A DNA stretch of 64,000 nucleotides from Candidatus Chazhemtobacterium aquaticus (lineage in GTDB: Bacteria; Patescibacteriota; Microgenomatia; UBA1400; Chazhemtobacteraceae). The translations under genes and the position numbers were made by a program. The notes under the pieces are model-generated. The model saw only the letters and a list, made by a program, of their open reading frames with translations. It did no database searches and was not told the DNA's origin. The stretch's first letter is position 1. The number at the start of each line of letters is the position of its first letter. Shown piece by piece: positions 52,137-61,949 of the stretch. The stretch covers positions 631,927 to 695,926 of the forward strand of contig NZ_CP047901.1 in NCBI RefSeq assembly GCF_009936135.1, read 5' to 3'.

Positions 52137-52164
52137 ATGTCGTAAAAGTAACATTGTACGACAC
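52137..52164. other. Putative dif (Xer recombination) site
   Basis: ATGTCGTAAAA-GTAACA-TTGTACGACAC: 11-6-11 with 9/11 inverted arms; 1.7 kb from xer; GTAGGGGA polarity flips around it. Confidence 0.7.
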
Positions 52165-52574
52165 AATCTCCTAGTCCGAAACGACTCTCGAACAAGTAGG
52201 GAAGTGAAGATGTATGTCCATCAAAAATATCCACGACACAAACCAACAACTAAATATTTATCTAACAAAACAAGGCTAATCTCCCCCCAGATGACCTAAG
52301 GCTCTTACCTTCTATATCCCGTGGAAATCGTGAAAAAATACCTATAGTTTTCCACATATCGATCAAACTGTATCAATTAAGGCTAAATTATCTACCCTTA
52401 GACTCCTCTCTCCCCCTCAAGATCTAGTGCCATAAATTTTTTGTATTGCTAGCCTCAAATCATGGCTAAATCAACAAGACCGGACAAGCCTGCTGTACTG
52501 TAATGTTATAGGATAATTACAATTCCCGCATAGACTATAGGTCTTCCCTACTCCATACCCGCGTCCTAAAAAAA

Positions 52575-53396
52575 TTAACGCCAACTTGTAATATAAAAAC
52601 TTGCCAAAAGCACCATCACCGCCACAGCCACATACTCATTCATTTGATTTTTAAACAACCTCCCCGAAAGGTACTGCTGTGACAAACCTAACACCACATA
52701 CATCACTGTCACCAGCATTAAGGCCGCCGTCAATCCCTCAACCGGCCAGAAAGCAAGAGCCAAAGCCGCCTCAGCCACGATTAATGCGCCGACCAATGAA
52801 TAAAGCCAAACCCGTCTACTTAACCCTTCCTTTAGTTGCATCGACCAGTTGCCCTGCAAGAAAAGAGGCAGAGACATACCACCCGCCAACAACGACAAAG
52901 CCCAGAATGGCAACTTAAATGAAACCAACGCATGAAACAAAAACAATCCCACTAACAAGGTCAACAAAAAACCTACCGCATGAGCTGCTCTCAACAGCTG
53001 AATCGTCCGTATTGCCGCCACACTAAAAATATTCTCAGTTAAATAAATAGCATAGTAACCCAGGCCAAATCCGACCCAAAACAACGCCCGAATCAAACTC
53101 GCCACCAACCTCGCTACATCAGCCTCAAGTCGTTGACCCAAAATCCGTGGTACCGACTCAGGCAAAAACAAAGAAAACAAACCCGCCCCAAGGGTGTAAA
53201 ACACCGGCAAAATAATAATCGTAATCCACTCAACCCCTTTTAAATCTTCAAAAAGCACCCACACAGACAACAAATAAGACAAAACCACTGCCACAATAAT
53301 TACCTGCAACCTATGTTCTGGCACTACAAACTGCATTGCCCACAATAACAACGCCATCAAACCAGAAGCTAAAACAAACTTAAACCGTTTAGTCAT
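52575..53396 (-). CDS. Multi-pass membrane protein of unknown function
   Basis: About 9 TM helices; NIFSVAAIRTIQLLRAA motif. Confidence 0.75.
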   Translation of the reverse strand: MTKRFKFVLASGLMALLLWAMQFVVPEHRLQVIIVAVVLSYLLSVWVLFEDLKGVEWITIIILPVFYTLGAGLFSLFLPESVPRILGQRLEADVARLVASLIRALFWVGFGLGYYAIYLTENIFSVAAIRTIQLLRAAHAVGFLLTLLVGLFLFHALVSFKLPFWALSLLAGGMSLPLFLQGNWSMQLKEGLSRRVWLYSLVGALIVAEAALALAFWPVEGLTAALMLVTVMYVVLGLSQQYLSGRLFKNQMNEYVAVAVMVLLASFYITSWR

Positions 53397-53410
53397 TACT
53401 ACCCTCTAGC

Positions 53411-53935
53411 TTAAGCCAAATTACTCCAGACCTCAACCACATCATCATGTTCATCCAAAGTCTCAATCAGTCTCTCAGCTGCATCCTTATCCTTACCCTC
53501 AAGCGTTATCTTAGGTGTTGGCTCAATTGTTTTTAAATAAGCAACCGACCCAGGCGCACCCAAACTTCCCCCATTCTTATCAAATATATTTTTAATCTCT
53601 GCTGATGTCCTGTTCCGATTATCAGTTAATACCTTCACAATCACTCCTACACCACCCACTCCATAACCCTCATACACAATCTCCTCCATCTTCCCCTCAC
53701 TCCCCTTTCCCAATCCCCGATCAATCGCTCTTCTAATGTTGTCATTGGGCATATTAGCTTCCCTAGCTTTATCAATTGCCAATCGCAGCGTCGGATTAAT
53801 CGCAGGATCACCACTGTTTCCTTCCTTTACCGCAATCGTGATCATTCGAGCAACTTTTGTGAACGTTTTACCTCTCTTGGCATCAACAACTGCCTTCTTG
53901 TGTTTAATAGTTGACCATTTACTGTGTCCTGACAT
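53411..53935 (-). CDS. yebC: YebC/PmpR family protein, short form
   Basis: [34 protein letters not shown]. Confidence 0.93.
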   Translation of the reverse strand: MSGHSKWSTIKHKKAVVDAKRGKTFTKVARMITIAVKEGNSGDPAINPTLRLAIDKAREANMPNDNIRRAIDRGLGKGSEGKMEEIVYEGYGVGGVGVIVKVLTDNRNRTSAEIKNIFDKNGGSLGAPGSVAYLKTIEPTPKITLEGKDKDAAERLIETLDEHDDVVEVWSNLA

Positions 53936-54008
53936 GCCCAGTATTATAGCACCTCAACAATTAACCCTTGACGTCATCTCCACAATCATTTACATTTTCC
54001 TTCAGCTT

Positions 54009-54716
54009 ATGAATCCTAACCTGCCAGACCTTATCAACAAATCTATCAAGGCAGCCCTTTCTCAATCCTGGACCGAAGCCATCGATCTCAATCTTCACAT
54101 TCTCCAGCACAAACCCAACGACATCCCCACCCTTAATCGTTTAGCCAAAGCCTACGAAAAATCATATGAGCCAGACAAGGCTAAAAAAACCTACCAAAAA
54201 GTCCTAAAACTTGACCGCTTTAACAACATTGCCATCTCCAACCTCTCTCGTATTAAAAAGTCTCCACCTCGTACTCCATCATCAGACATCACCAACTCAC
54301 ATCCTCAAAAAACATTCAGCTTCATTGAGGAACCAGGTAAAACGAAAACTGCTTCATTAACCAAACTAGCCCCAAAGCAAGTCATCAACTCTCTTGATAC
54401 TTCACAGGTAGTCATTTTAAAGCCTTACAGGCGCCGTATCAGTGTTTTCACTACGCAAGGCACCTGCATCGGCTCACTTCCTGACGATCTATCCCGCTAT
54501 TTACTCCGCCTTATCAAACTCGGCAACAAATACGAAGCTGCCATCAGAAATATCTCCCGCTCTCAAATAGAAATCTTTATCAGAGAAATCCATAAATCAA
54601 AACGTCTCAAAGGTCTTCCCTCATTTCCTTTAAAAGACACCAAAAACTATTTTGCTCTTCTCCCCACTGACCCCATCGCCGAAGTTCCTCTCGAACTACC
54701 CGAGTCAGAGACTTAA
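54009..54716 (+). CDS. TPR-containing protein with possible HIRAN-like C-terminal region
   Basis: TLNRLAKAY...AKKTYQKVLKLD..NNIA; FIEEPGKTK; IGSLPDD; ATG 54009 avoids the yebC overlap. Confidence 0.72.
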   Translation: MNPNLPDLINKSIKAALSQSWTEAIDLNLHILQHKPNDIPTLNRLAKAYEKSYEPDKAKKTYQKVLKLDRFNNIAISNLSRIKKSPPRTPSSDITNSHPQKTFSFIEEPGKTKTASLTKLAPKQVINSLDTSQVVILKPYRRRISVFTTQGTCIGSLPDDLSRYLLRLIKLGNKYEAAIRNISRSQIEIFIREIHKSKRLKGLPSFPLKDTKNYFALLPTDPIAEVPLELPESET

Positions 54717-54743
54717 AAAAACCTCCCCGTTTCATCACTATCC

Positions 54744-55640
54744 CTATCTGTACCTTTCCGCCCACTCCTTTCCTATTACCACCCTCACATCACCACCCAC
54801 CCTATTCCCAGTTCTCTCTCCACAACCCATCTGTCTTTCAAGCCAATCAATACTCACAGACTCACTCTCACCCCCGCTCTCGTACCAACACAAACCATCC
54901 TCAACCTCAGCCGTATCTACCAACACCACCACTCCTCCAGCCGACTTAATCATCTGCTCCACCAATCTAGCCATACCCGGCTCACCGCTTGCGTTTATCA
55001 CCTCAAAACTTAAACTTTCAGCCAGTATCGCCGGACTTGCCCATAACCCTTCCATCCATGCCCATAATCCTCCTTTATCTACCCTTACCTCAGTCTGGCC
55101 ATCTGGAGTTACCTTCATACTTGTCAATCTCGACGGGATCCGCAAACTCTCCCTTTGATCATCTCTTAACTCGTTCCATGCCTTAACTGTACTAAAACTA
55201 TCCCACTTGCTCTCCGCCATTCCAGACCAAACTCTACTCCATTCAAAAGCTGCATCACCTCGCCAAACCGCATCAATCTTAACCCCCATCCAACTCTCTA
55301 AACTTCGCCTTACCATCTCCTCCGGTCTTCCCTCACTCTCACCAAATCGCCATAAAGATTTTACCTTTAACTCACCCTGGGTACCCACCAAAGGAACCAT
55401 CACCTCGCCAGGAATGACCACCTCAACCGCTCTCTTAGCCCTTGAATTAACCCCTACCACCCTTATCCACTCATCCTCAACTACTGCAGTAATATAAAAA
55501 CGATTCTCACCCCACTTTGACCTACCCTTCTCAAACACCAACCACCCAAACACTAGTATCGACAATATCAATACGGTAGCCATCAACCACCACCCACTCC
55601 TTCCTGAATTACTCTTTCCCCTACCATAATCACGCCTCAT
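54744..55640 (-). CDS. Membrane-anchored LytR C-terminal domain protein
   Basis: TM; EVINASGEPGMA...DVRVVIG. Confidence 0.7.
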   Translation of the reverse strand: MRRDYGRGKSNSGRSGWWLMATVLILSILVFGWLVFEKGRSKWGENRFYITAVVEDEWIRVVGVNSRAKRAVEVVIPGEVMVPLVGTQGELKVKSLWRFGESEGRPEEMVRRSLESWMGVKIDAVWRGDAAFEWSRVWSGMAESKWDSFSTVKAWNELRDDQRESLRIPSRLTSMKVTPDGQTEVRVDKGGLWAWMEGLWASPAILAESLSFEVINASGEPGMARLVEQMIKSAGGVVVLVDTAEVEDGLCWYESGGESESVSIDWLERQMGCGERTGNRVGGDVRVVIGKEWAERYR

Positions 55641-55672
55641 CCTTTCACTCTACCAGAACCTACACCCCTCTA

Positions 55673-56392
55673 TCAAACCATATCAAAATCTACCAACACT
55701 TTCTCAAGATCAGCGGGTAATTCAGCCTTAATCACCATTCTCTCTCCACTTCGCGGATGGTTAAACTCAATTATTTCCGCATGCAAAAAATGTCGAGACA
55801 ATATCTCGCGATCAACCTTTGCTTTCTTACCCAAATACATCAAATCGGCAAATAAAGGATGTTTCAAGTGCTTCATATGAACTCGTATCTGATGTGTTCG
55901 ACCAGTTTTCGGCCACAATCTCACTAAGCTATATCTACCACCCTCTTTAGTTAGCAGTTTTATCACCTGCCACCTCGTCTCCGCCTGCTTACCCTCATAA
56001 TTCACCTTCCTTTTTTCTCGACAAAGCGCATCTCTGGCAATTGGTAGTCGTATCACCCCCTCATTTGGTTCCAGCCAACCGTGTACTAAAGCCACGTAAC
56101 TTTTTTTTGTTTCTCTAGCCTTAAATTGGCGCATCAATTCCTTTAAACTCTCCTCATTTTTAGCTATCAACAAACAACCACTTGTCTCCTTATCCAATCG
56201 ATGTGCTAATCCACCCCTAGCCCGCATCAACTCACCCGTAGCCTCACCAATCCCTAGTTTATCTACTGCCCAATCCTGCACTGTTGTTCCAGCCGTCTCA
56301 CTCCTATTTACCACGATTCCCGCCGGCTTGTTTATCACCAGCAAATCATTATCCTCATACAAAACCGGAATCTCAAGCTTCTTTATTTTCAT
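55673..56392 (-). CDS. RluA/RluD family pseudouridine synthase
   Basis: INKPAG, HRLDKETSG, TGRTHQIRVH, LHA. Confidence 0.93.
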   Translation of the reverse strand: MKIKKLEIPVLYEDNDLLVINKPAGIVVNRSETAGTTVQDWAVDKLGIGEATGELMRARGGLAHRLDKETSGCLLIAKNEESLKELMRQFKARETKKSYVALVHGWLEPNEGVIRLPIARDALCREKRKVNYEGKQAETRWQVIKLLTKEGGRYSLVRLWPKTGRTHQIRVHMKHLKHPLFADLMYLGKKAKVDREILSRHFLHAEIIEFNHPRSGERMVIKAELPADLEKVLVDFDMV

Positions 56393-56801
56393 TAACCTGC
56401 TTATTTCTAAATCGCCAATAATCCATCAGCATTATCCCAAGCCCAGCGCTAATATACAAATCAGCCAGGTTAATCCACAAACCCACAAACTCCAAGTTTA
56501 TCCAATCAATCACCCGTCCATAAGCAAAACGATCAATCAGGTTAGCCACTCCACCCAAAATTATCACTCTCTCCCCTACCCGACTCTCATCTTTAAGTCT
56601 CAGCCACCACCAACATAAACAGACAAATACCAATATCCACCACCAATCAGTCCCAAACTGCCACCCAAAAGACACCCCCGTATTTTCAACATACTCTCCC
56701 CTACTCCAAAACCAACGCTTGCTTAAAAAATCAACCAGCAACAATACCAAACCAAAACTATTTAAGCTTAGCAGACTCCATTTTTTTCTCACACTCAACA
56801 C
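56373..56801 (-). CDS. lspA: Signal peptidase II
   Basis: NTGVSFG, GGVANLIDR...VIDWI, NLAD. Confidence 0.88.
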   Translation of the reverse strand: MLSVRKKWSLLSLNSFGLVLLLVDFLSKRWFWSRGEYVENTGVSFGWQFGTDWWWILVFVCLCWWWLRLKDESRVGERVIILGGVANLIDRFAYGRVIDWINLEFVGLWINLADLYISAGLGIMLMDYWRFRNKQVNENKEA

Positions 56802-57162
56802 AATACTCAGCTGTTGGATTAATAGCTAACCTATCAGTATCAATAAGCTTGCCACATCTAGCACAAGTACCATAACTACCCACCTTAATCCTTGTTAAAG
56901 CCTTCCTGATATTAATCAAGCCCTTATCCACCTCCAGCTTAATTGCCTGGACTCGCTCATGCCCCATCTGTTCAGCTACCTCAGTATCAACTGCTGCATT
57001 GTTATCAACCCTATCTGTATCAGAAAACGGATCCTCCTTTGTCAACGATTTCTTCTGCCTCTTTAATCTCTTTTCCTCATTAAGAAGATAGTCCTTAATT
57101 GGTTTTAACACCCACGAAGGAAACCTAACCACTTGTCTAACCTTGCTTTTAATTTCAGCCAT
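56758..57162 (-). CDS. DksA/TraR C4 zinc finger protein
   Basis: YGTCARCGKLI...RL...P.AEYCVEC with upstream coiled coil. Confidence 0.88.
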   Translation of the reverse strand: MAEIKSKVRQVVRFPSWVLKPIKDYLLNEEKRLKRQKKSLTKEDPFSDTDRVDNNAAVDTEVAEQMGHERVQAIKLEVDKGLINIRKALTRIKVGSYGTCARCGKLIDTDRLAINPTAEYCVECEKKMESAKLK

Positions 57163-57184
57163 TATCCTAGTTTACACCACCCTC

Positions 57185-58015
57185 CTACTTTTTAAAAGTT
57201 TCTTGCCTACCCTTTCTTCGCTTTAACCTTGATATATCCTCCCAAAATCTTCTTCCTGATCTTTGATATATTCCTACCACTCCAATGCCTATTAATAATA
57301 ACCCCATGACCATATCTAAGGCCACTCCAAACACCTGGGTCTGCTCACCCCTAAACAAACTCGCCATAGAAAAACTCAAACCCAAAAACACCAACCAACC
57401 AAACCATAGAAATCCAGTTCTGGCCGCAACCCTTCCCGCTCGATACCATGACAAAGTCCTGTACTCTCCCTCCATCCTCCACCACCACAAGAAAAAGACG
57501 CTGCTAATAACTAACATGATCAGTTGAACCGGTACCAATTTCATTTCATAACCCGGAAAATTAACACCCCACCAACCCTGTGTCTCAGCCCCTAAATAAC
57601 TTCCGTTCAAAAATGCCGCTAAAAAACCCCACGGCAAAGCTGCCGCCACACCCAAACTTACATAATCAAGCCACAAAAAAACATCCTCTTCACTGTCTCT
57701 CAATCTCCACCACAGATACCCTACCCCCGCAATCAACCCACCCCACCAACACAACCCCACATAATTACTCAGCCACAACCACTTAAGTAAGCTAAAACCA
57801 AACTCACCAAAATGAGTCAGGATGTACCCAACTCTAGCCCCCACCAAACCCCAAAACAAACTCATAAATGCACTGTCCAGAAAAAACTTATCCTCAACAT
57901 GAGACTCCTTCGCCTTTTTCCACGCCACGAACAGACCCATCAGTACACCAATCACTAGCATCAATCCCATACTAGATATCTCAACTCTTCCTACTTTAAG
58001 TATCACTGGTAGCAT
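57185..58015 (-). CDS. lgt: Prolipoprotein diacylglyceryl transferase-like protein (divergent)
   Basis: MLPV, GLVGARVGY, WWGG, FLNGSYLG, PVQL; adjacent to lspA. Confidence 0.7.
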   Translation of the reverse strand: MLPVILKVGRVEISSMGLMLVIGVLMGLFVAWKKAKESHVEDKFFLDSAFMSLFWGLVGARVGYILTHFGEFGFSLLKWLWLSNYVGLCWWGGLIAGVGYLWWRLRDSEEDVFLWLDYVSLGVAAALPWGFLAAFLNGSYLGAETQGWWGVNFPGYEMKLVPVQLIMLVISSVFFLWWWRMEGEYRTLSWYRAGRVAARTGFLWFGWLVFLGLSFSMASLFRGEQTQVFGVALDMVMGLLLIGIGVVGIYQRSGRRFWEDISRLKRRKGRQETFKK

Positions 58016-58109
58016 GTTCCTATCATAAAACACCCAGCCAATAAAACCAAATCACTCCCCTACTCTATTTCATCACTATTTTGCTATACTCGAAAAAGAC
58101 CCTCAAGTT

Positions 58110-58556
58110 ATGTTATCCGTTACCCACGCCACCACAGCCGCCTTTATTACCACCAAGATTCCCTATCCTATTATCTCCATTCCCCTTGCCCTAGGCTCAC
58201 ATTATCTTGAAGACTATATTAAACACTGGGATGTTGGTCAGGGTATCAGTAATGGCCACAAAACCAAAAAAAACGCCTTCTATCAAGAACTTTTTCTAGA
58301 TTTTCCTCTCTCTATTCTCATCGTCTACCTTTTTTTCCAATATGGTCAGCCTTTCAGTATCTGGCCATGGGTTGGCTGGTTTATTGGCCTCCTTCCCGAT
58401 TTTGTAGAATTCCCAAGAAACTTTCTTAACTTTGAACCAGTCTTCTTAAAACCCTTCAACAACTTTCATCACCGCTTCCACAACTCAATCCCAGATAAAC
58501 TACCAGGCCTTATCCCTCAAATTCTCATCATCATCGCCATCTACTTCTTACGATAG
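58110..58556 (+). CDS. Membrane protein with His/Asp motifs (metal-dependent hydrolase-like)
   Basis: TH, SHYLEDYIKHWD, LLPD, FHHRFH. Confidence 0.65.
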   Translation: MLSVTHATTAAFITTKIPYPIISIPLALGSHYLEDYIKHWDVGQGISNGHKTKKNAFYQELFLDFPLSILIVYLFFQYGQPFSIWPWVGWFIGLLPDFVEFPRNFLNFEPVFLKPFNNFHHRFHNSIPDKLPGLIPQILIIIAIYFLR

Positions 58557-58593
58557 TCCCCTTCTCTAGAAAAAACTTTTTTCAAAGCTATCC

Positions 58594-59169
58594 TTAACTA
58601 ACCCTGGACACATAGCTAGTGGTTGCTGTATTTACCTTGACGGTGTCTCCGGTCTTGATAAACAAGGGTACCTGGATTACCAACCCGCTTTCCAACGTCG
58701 CCGGCTTGTATACATTGGTAGCACTATTCCCCTTAATCCAAGGCTCAGTCTCGACCACCTTCATCTCCACTGACGGCGGTAACTCTACTCCCAAAACTTT
58801 CTCCTCCCAGCTCACCATCCATACATTCTTACCCTCCACCAAATACTCTAGATCATCGCCCAACACCTCTTTTTTAATCTCAATCTGCTCATAACTAGAA
58901 GGATCCATAAAGTAAGCTTTTTCCTCGTCGCTGTACAAATACTGCATCTCGGTTTTGGTTAAATCAGCGCTCTCTACCCTTCCCCCTGACAAGTATGATT
59001 TATTAATAATCGCCCCAGTCATCAAGTTTCTCGCTTTCACCTTGATATTAGCCTTCCCTCTTCCCATTTTATGAAAATCAAAACTCATCACCCTATACGG
59101 CTGACCATCATCATCTACATAAGTCACCCCCATCTTTAATTTGTTTACATCGATTGTTGCCATAGCCAT
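58594..59169 (-). CDS. efp: Translation elongation factor P
   Basis: KMGRGKA loop, MQYLY, KPATLESG..IQVPLFI..GD.VKVNT. Confidence 0.93.
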   Translation of the reverse strand: MAMATIDVNKLKMGVTYVDDDGQPYRVMSFDFHKMGRGKANIKVKARNLMTGAIINKSYLSGGRVESADLTKTEMQYLYSDEEKAYFMDPSSYEQIEIKKEVLGDDLEYLVEGKNVWMVSWEEKVLGVELPPSVEMKVVETEPWIKGNSATNVYKPATLESGLVIQVPLFIKTGDTVKVNTATTSYVSRVS

Positions 59170-59191
59170 TCAATATGCTAATCAATAATAG

Positions 59192-59275
59192 TGCCTGGAG
59201 TGGGAATCGAACCCACAAGGAGTTGCCTCCACAGGTTTTTGAGACCTGCGCGTATACCGGTTCCGCCATCCAGGC
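59192..59275 (-). tRNA. tRNA-Leu(CAA)
   Basis: GCCTGGATGGCGGAA...CAGGTCTCAAAAACCTG, long variable arm, GGTTCGATTCC. Confidence 0.95.
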
Positions 59276-59362
59276 AGACTAAAAAGACTTAAAGGTTGTT
59301 AAAAAAACCAAAAGCACTTTTACTCACCCCCCAATTTTAACTCAAAAATCAATCTTTAGCCA

Positions 59363-60682
59363 TCAATTGGACCTTTTTCTATCCACCCCAAAAAAGCTGA
59401 TCCGATCACCTCTAAATCTTAAGTCAATCGTTTTTAATGGACCATTCCTGTGTTTGGCAATATTTAACTTGTAAGTTTCCAGATCCTCATCACTTTCCCT
59501 ATATAAGAACATCACCACATCAGCATCCTGCTCAATGCTTCCAGACTCCCTCAAATCAGATAGTTGAGGTACCTTAGTTCCTCTCTGCTCAATTGCCCTA
59601 GACAACTGGGATAACGCTACTACAGGTACCTTTAACTCTCTAGCTAGATTCTTTAATCCTTGTGAAATCGCCTGTACCTCCTGCACTCTACCATCAAAAC
59701 GTCCTGACGCTGTCGCCAACTGCAAATAGTCCATCATTATCATCTTCACTCCATACTCCACCTGCAACCTTCTTGCCTTTGTTCTCATCTCCAGAATAGA
59801 TATACCAGGCGTATCGTCAATAAACAAAGGACTATCGGCCAATACTCCCATTGCCTCAGACAATCTCGTAAACTCATCTGCCTTTAAGTTCCCTGTCTTC
59901 ATCTTCCACGCATCAATATCAGCCTGCGCAACCAGCAAGCGATCCACCAACTCAAGATTACTCATCTCCAATGAGAAGAACCCAACCGGTATCTTTAAAT
60001 CAACCGCTACGTGTCTGGCCATATTCAAAGCCAAAGAGGTTTTACCCATGCCCGGCCTGGCTGCTAAGATAAGCAAGTTGCTCTCCTGCATTCCCGCCAA
60101 GGCCGAGTCCAAGTCCTTAAAACCAGTCGGCACCCCCCTTATCCCCCCCGCTGCTTTGTGTAGCTCGTCAAGTCTGTCAAAACTCTCCGCCAAAGCATCC
60201 TTTACGTGAACAAAACCTCTCTTTACATTTCTCTGACTAAGTGAAAAAACAGCTTGCTCTGCTTGATCAAGCACGTTCTCTGTCTCACTTCCCTCATCAA
60301 AAGCTAGCGTCACCAACTCAGAAGCAGCTTCAATCATCTGCCTTTTTACATAATGATCCTTGACGATCTTGGCATACCCTGCCGCATGAGCCGCCGTCGG
60401 CACACTGTTAACCAACTCAGTTAAATAACTCACCCCCCCCACGCCCTTTAACCATTTCTTGCGCTTCAACCACTCAGATACCGTCACGACATCAATCGGA
60501 TCTCGATTCTCATAAAGCGTGCTCATCGCCTCATAGATATGCTGGTGTGCATCCTCATAAAACATGTCCTCCTTAAGCAACTCAGCCACCTCAATCATTG
60601 CATCCTTAGACATCAACAAAGAACCCAATACTGACCTCTCGGCATCTTTGGAATGTGGGGGTACTCTGACATCATTACTCAT
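59363..60682 (-). CDS. dnaB: Replicative DNA helicase
   Basis: PPHS..AE, AARPGMGKT, SLEM, DYLQL, LSQLSR, DLRESGSIEQDAD; no intein. Confidence 0.96.
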   Translation of the reverse strand: MSNDVRVPPHSKDAERSVLGSLLMSKDAMIEVAELLKEDMFYEDAHQHIYEAMSTLYENRDPIDVVTVSEWLKRKKWLKGVGGVSYLTELVNSVPTAAHAAGYAKIVKDHYVKRQMIEAASELVTLAFDEGSETENVLDQAEQAVFSLSQRNVKRGFVHVKDALAESFDRLDELHKAAGGIRGVPTGFKDLDSALAGMQESNLLILAARPGMGKTSLALNMARHVAVDLKIPVGFFSLEMSNLELVDRLLVAQADIDAWKMKTGNLKADEFTRLSEAMGVLADSPLFIDDTPGISILEMRTKARRLQVEYGVKMIMMDYLQLATASGRFDGRVQEVQAISQGLKNLARELKVPVVALSQLSRAIEQRGTKVPQLSDLRESGSIEQDADVVMFLYRESDEDLETYKLNIAKHRNGPLKTIDLRFRGDRISFFGVDRKRSN

Positions 60683-60743
60683 CTTAAACACCAATCTACA
60701 CTATTTTTGCCACTACACAACTTTATAATCCACAAAAATACAA

Positions 60744-61403
60744 CTAAACCTCCAAAACCACTATCTCAGTCTCTTCCGGCAAACTCGTCTTACTCAATGA
60801 CAGCTTTTCCTCTCTCCTTACACCACCATAATCTGCCTTCTCTAAAAACTCATCCACCGTTACCAAGTCTTTAAAGGACTCAGTCGAGCTCTTCACTCTA
60901 TAATGCATCGGCACCACAATTGATGGTGACAGCTGTTCAATCACTTTAACAGCATCACCAGGTCCCAGCGTGTACGTACCTCCCACCGGCAACAACAATA
61001 CATCAACCGGACCAATCGTTGACACCTGCTTATCACTCAACACATGGCCCAAATCACCCAAATGAGCCACAATCACTCCCTCTATTTGTATTACATAAAT
61101 AATGTTCTCACCTCTTTTTGATCCTTCCTCATCATCATGCCAACTTTTTACCCCGATCACTCCGATCCCGCTTGCCTCATACTCACCCACTCTATCAATC
61201 ACAAATGGTTCACTCCTATTAGATGTTCCACTAACCTTACTTACCTGATTATGATCCTCATGATTATGAGACACCGTCACAATCTCTGCCGATACTCTCG
61301 GGAAATCCACCCCTACCATCTTGCTATCAAAAGGATCAGTTACCACACTCCCTGACTTGCCTCTGATCTTAAAACTGGAGTGGCCCAAATACTTAATATC
61401 CAT
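60744..61403 (-). CDS. MBL-fold metallohydrolase
   Basis: YLGHSSF, TDPF, SHNHEDH, HLGD, PMHY. Confidence 0.88.
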   Translation of the reverse strand: MDIKYLGHSSFKIRGKSGSVVTDPFDSKMVGVDFPRVSAEIVTVSHNHEDHNQVSKVSGTSNRSEPFVIDRVGEYEASGIGVIGVKSWHDDEEGSKRGENIIYVIQIEGVIVAHLGDLGHVLSDKQVSTIGPVDVLLLPVGGTYTLGPGDAVKVIEQLSPSIVVPMHYRVKSSTESFKDLVTVDEFLEKADYGGVRREEKLSLSKTSLPEETEIVVLEV

Positions 61404-61480
61404 CCCAATCAATATATCACACTTAAAATTGACCAATCAGCTTGCACCTCAACCCCGAAGCTTGTATACTCTGGCCTGCT

Positions 61481-61948
61481 ATGCGCAAGGAAGTCCTCAT
61501 TGCCATCATACTTGGCCTTATTTTAGGCTCTATCCTTGTTTACGGTATTTACACCGCCAACCAAGCCTCCTCCACCTATACTGATAGCCCGACTGAAGAA
61601 ACCAATCAAAGCCAAACTGAAAACTCCCCGTCAAACAACCAGGCCCTAACCGTCAGTTCTCCCCAAGATGGAGATATCTTCTATACTCCCCAAGCTACCA
61701 TCAGTGGTCAAACTGATCCCCAAAACGCCCTTGTTATCATCACTGAAGATGACCATCTAGTTCCAGACATCAACGAAGACGGCTCCTTTTCTCAATCCAT
61801 TACTCTAATCCGCGGCGGAAACTTAATTCAAGTAACCTCAATTACCCCATCAGGCCAACGCCAAGACTCGTATCTCAATCTGGTTTATACCTCGCCTCCT
61901 ACTGAGTCAGATAGCGACGATGACACTCAATCAAATGACGAAAACTAA
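61481..61948 (+). CDS. Membrane-anchored Ig-like domain protein
   Basis: MRKEV TM; LTVSSPQDG...ISGQT...GSFS..ITL..GGN.I. Confidence 0.7.
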   Translation: MRKEVLIAIILGLILGSILVYGIYTANQASSTYTDSPTEETNQSQTENSPSNNQALTVSSPQDGDIFYTPQATISGQTDPQNALVIITEDDHLVPDINEDGSFSQSITLIRGGNLIQVTSITPSGQRQDSYLNLVYTSPPTESDSDDDTQSNDEN

Positions 61949-61949
61949 C

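Noticed and set aside
51684-52299. Track ORFs 51684-51905 and 52051-52299
   Set aside because: No recognisable motifs; the second runs through the direct repeat and the dif-like site; unsupported as genes
53736-54008. N-terminal extension of the TPR protein
   Set aside because: Antisense to yebC and its promoter; ATG 54009 is the better start
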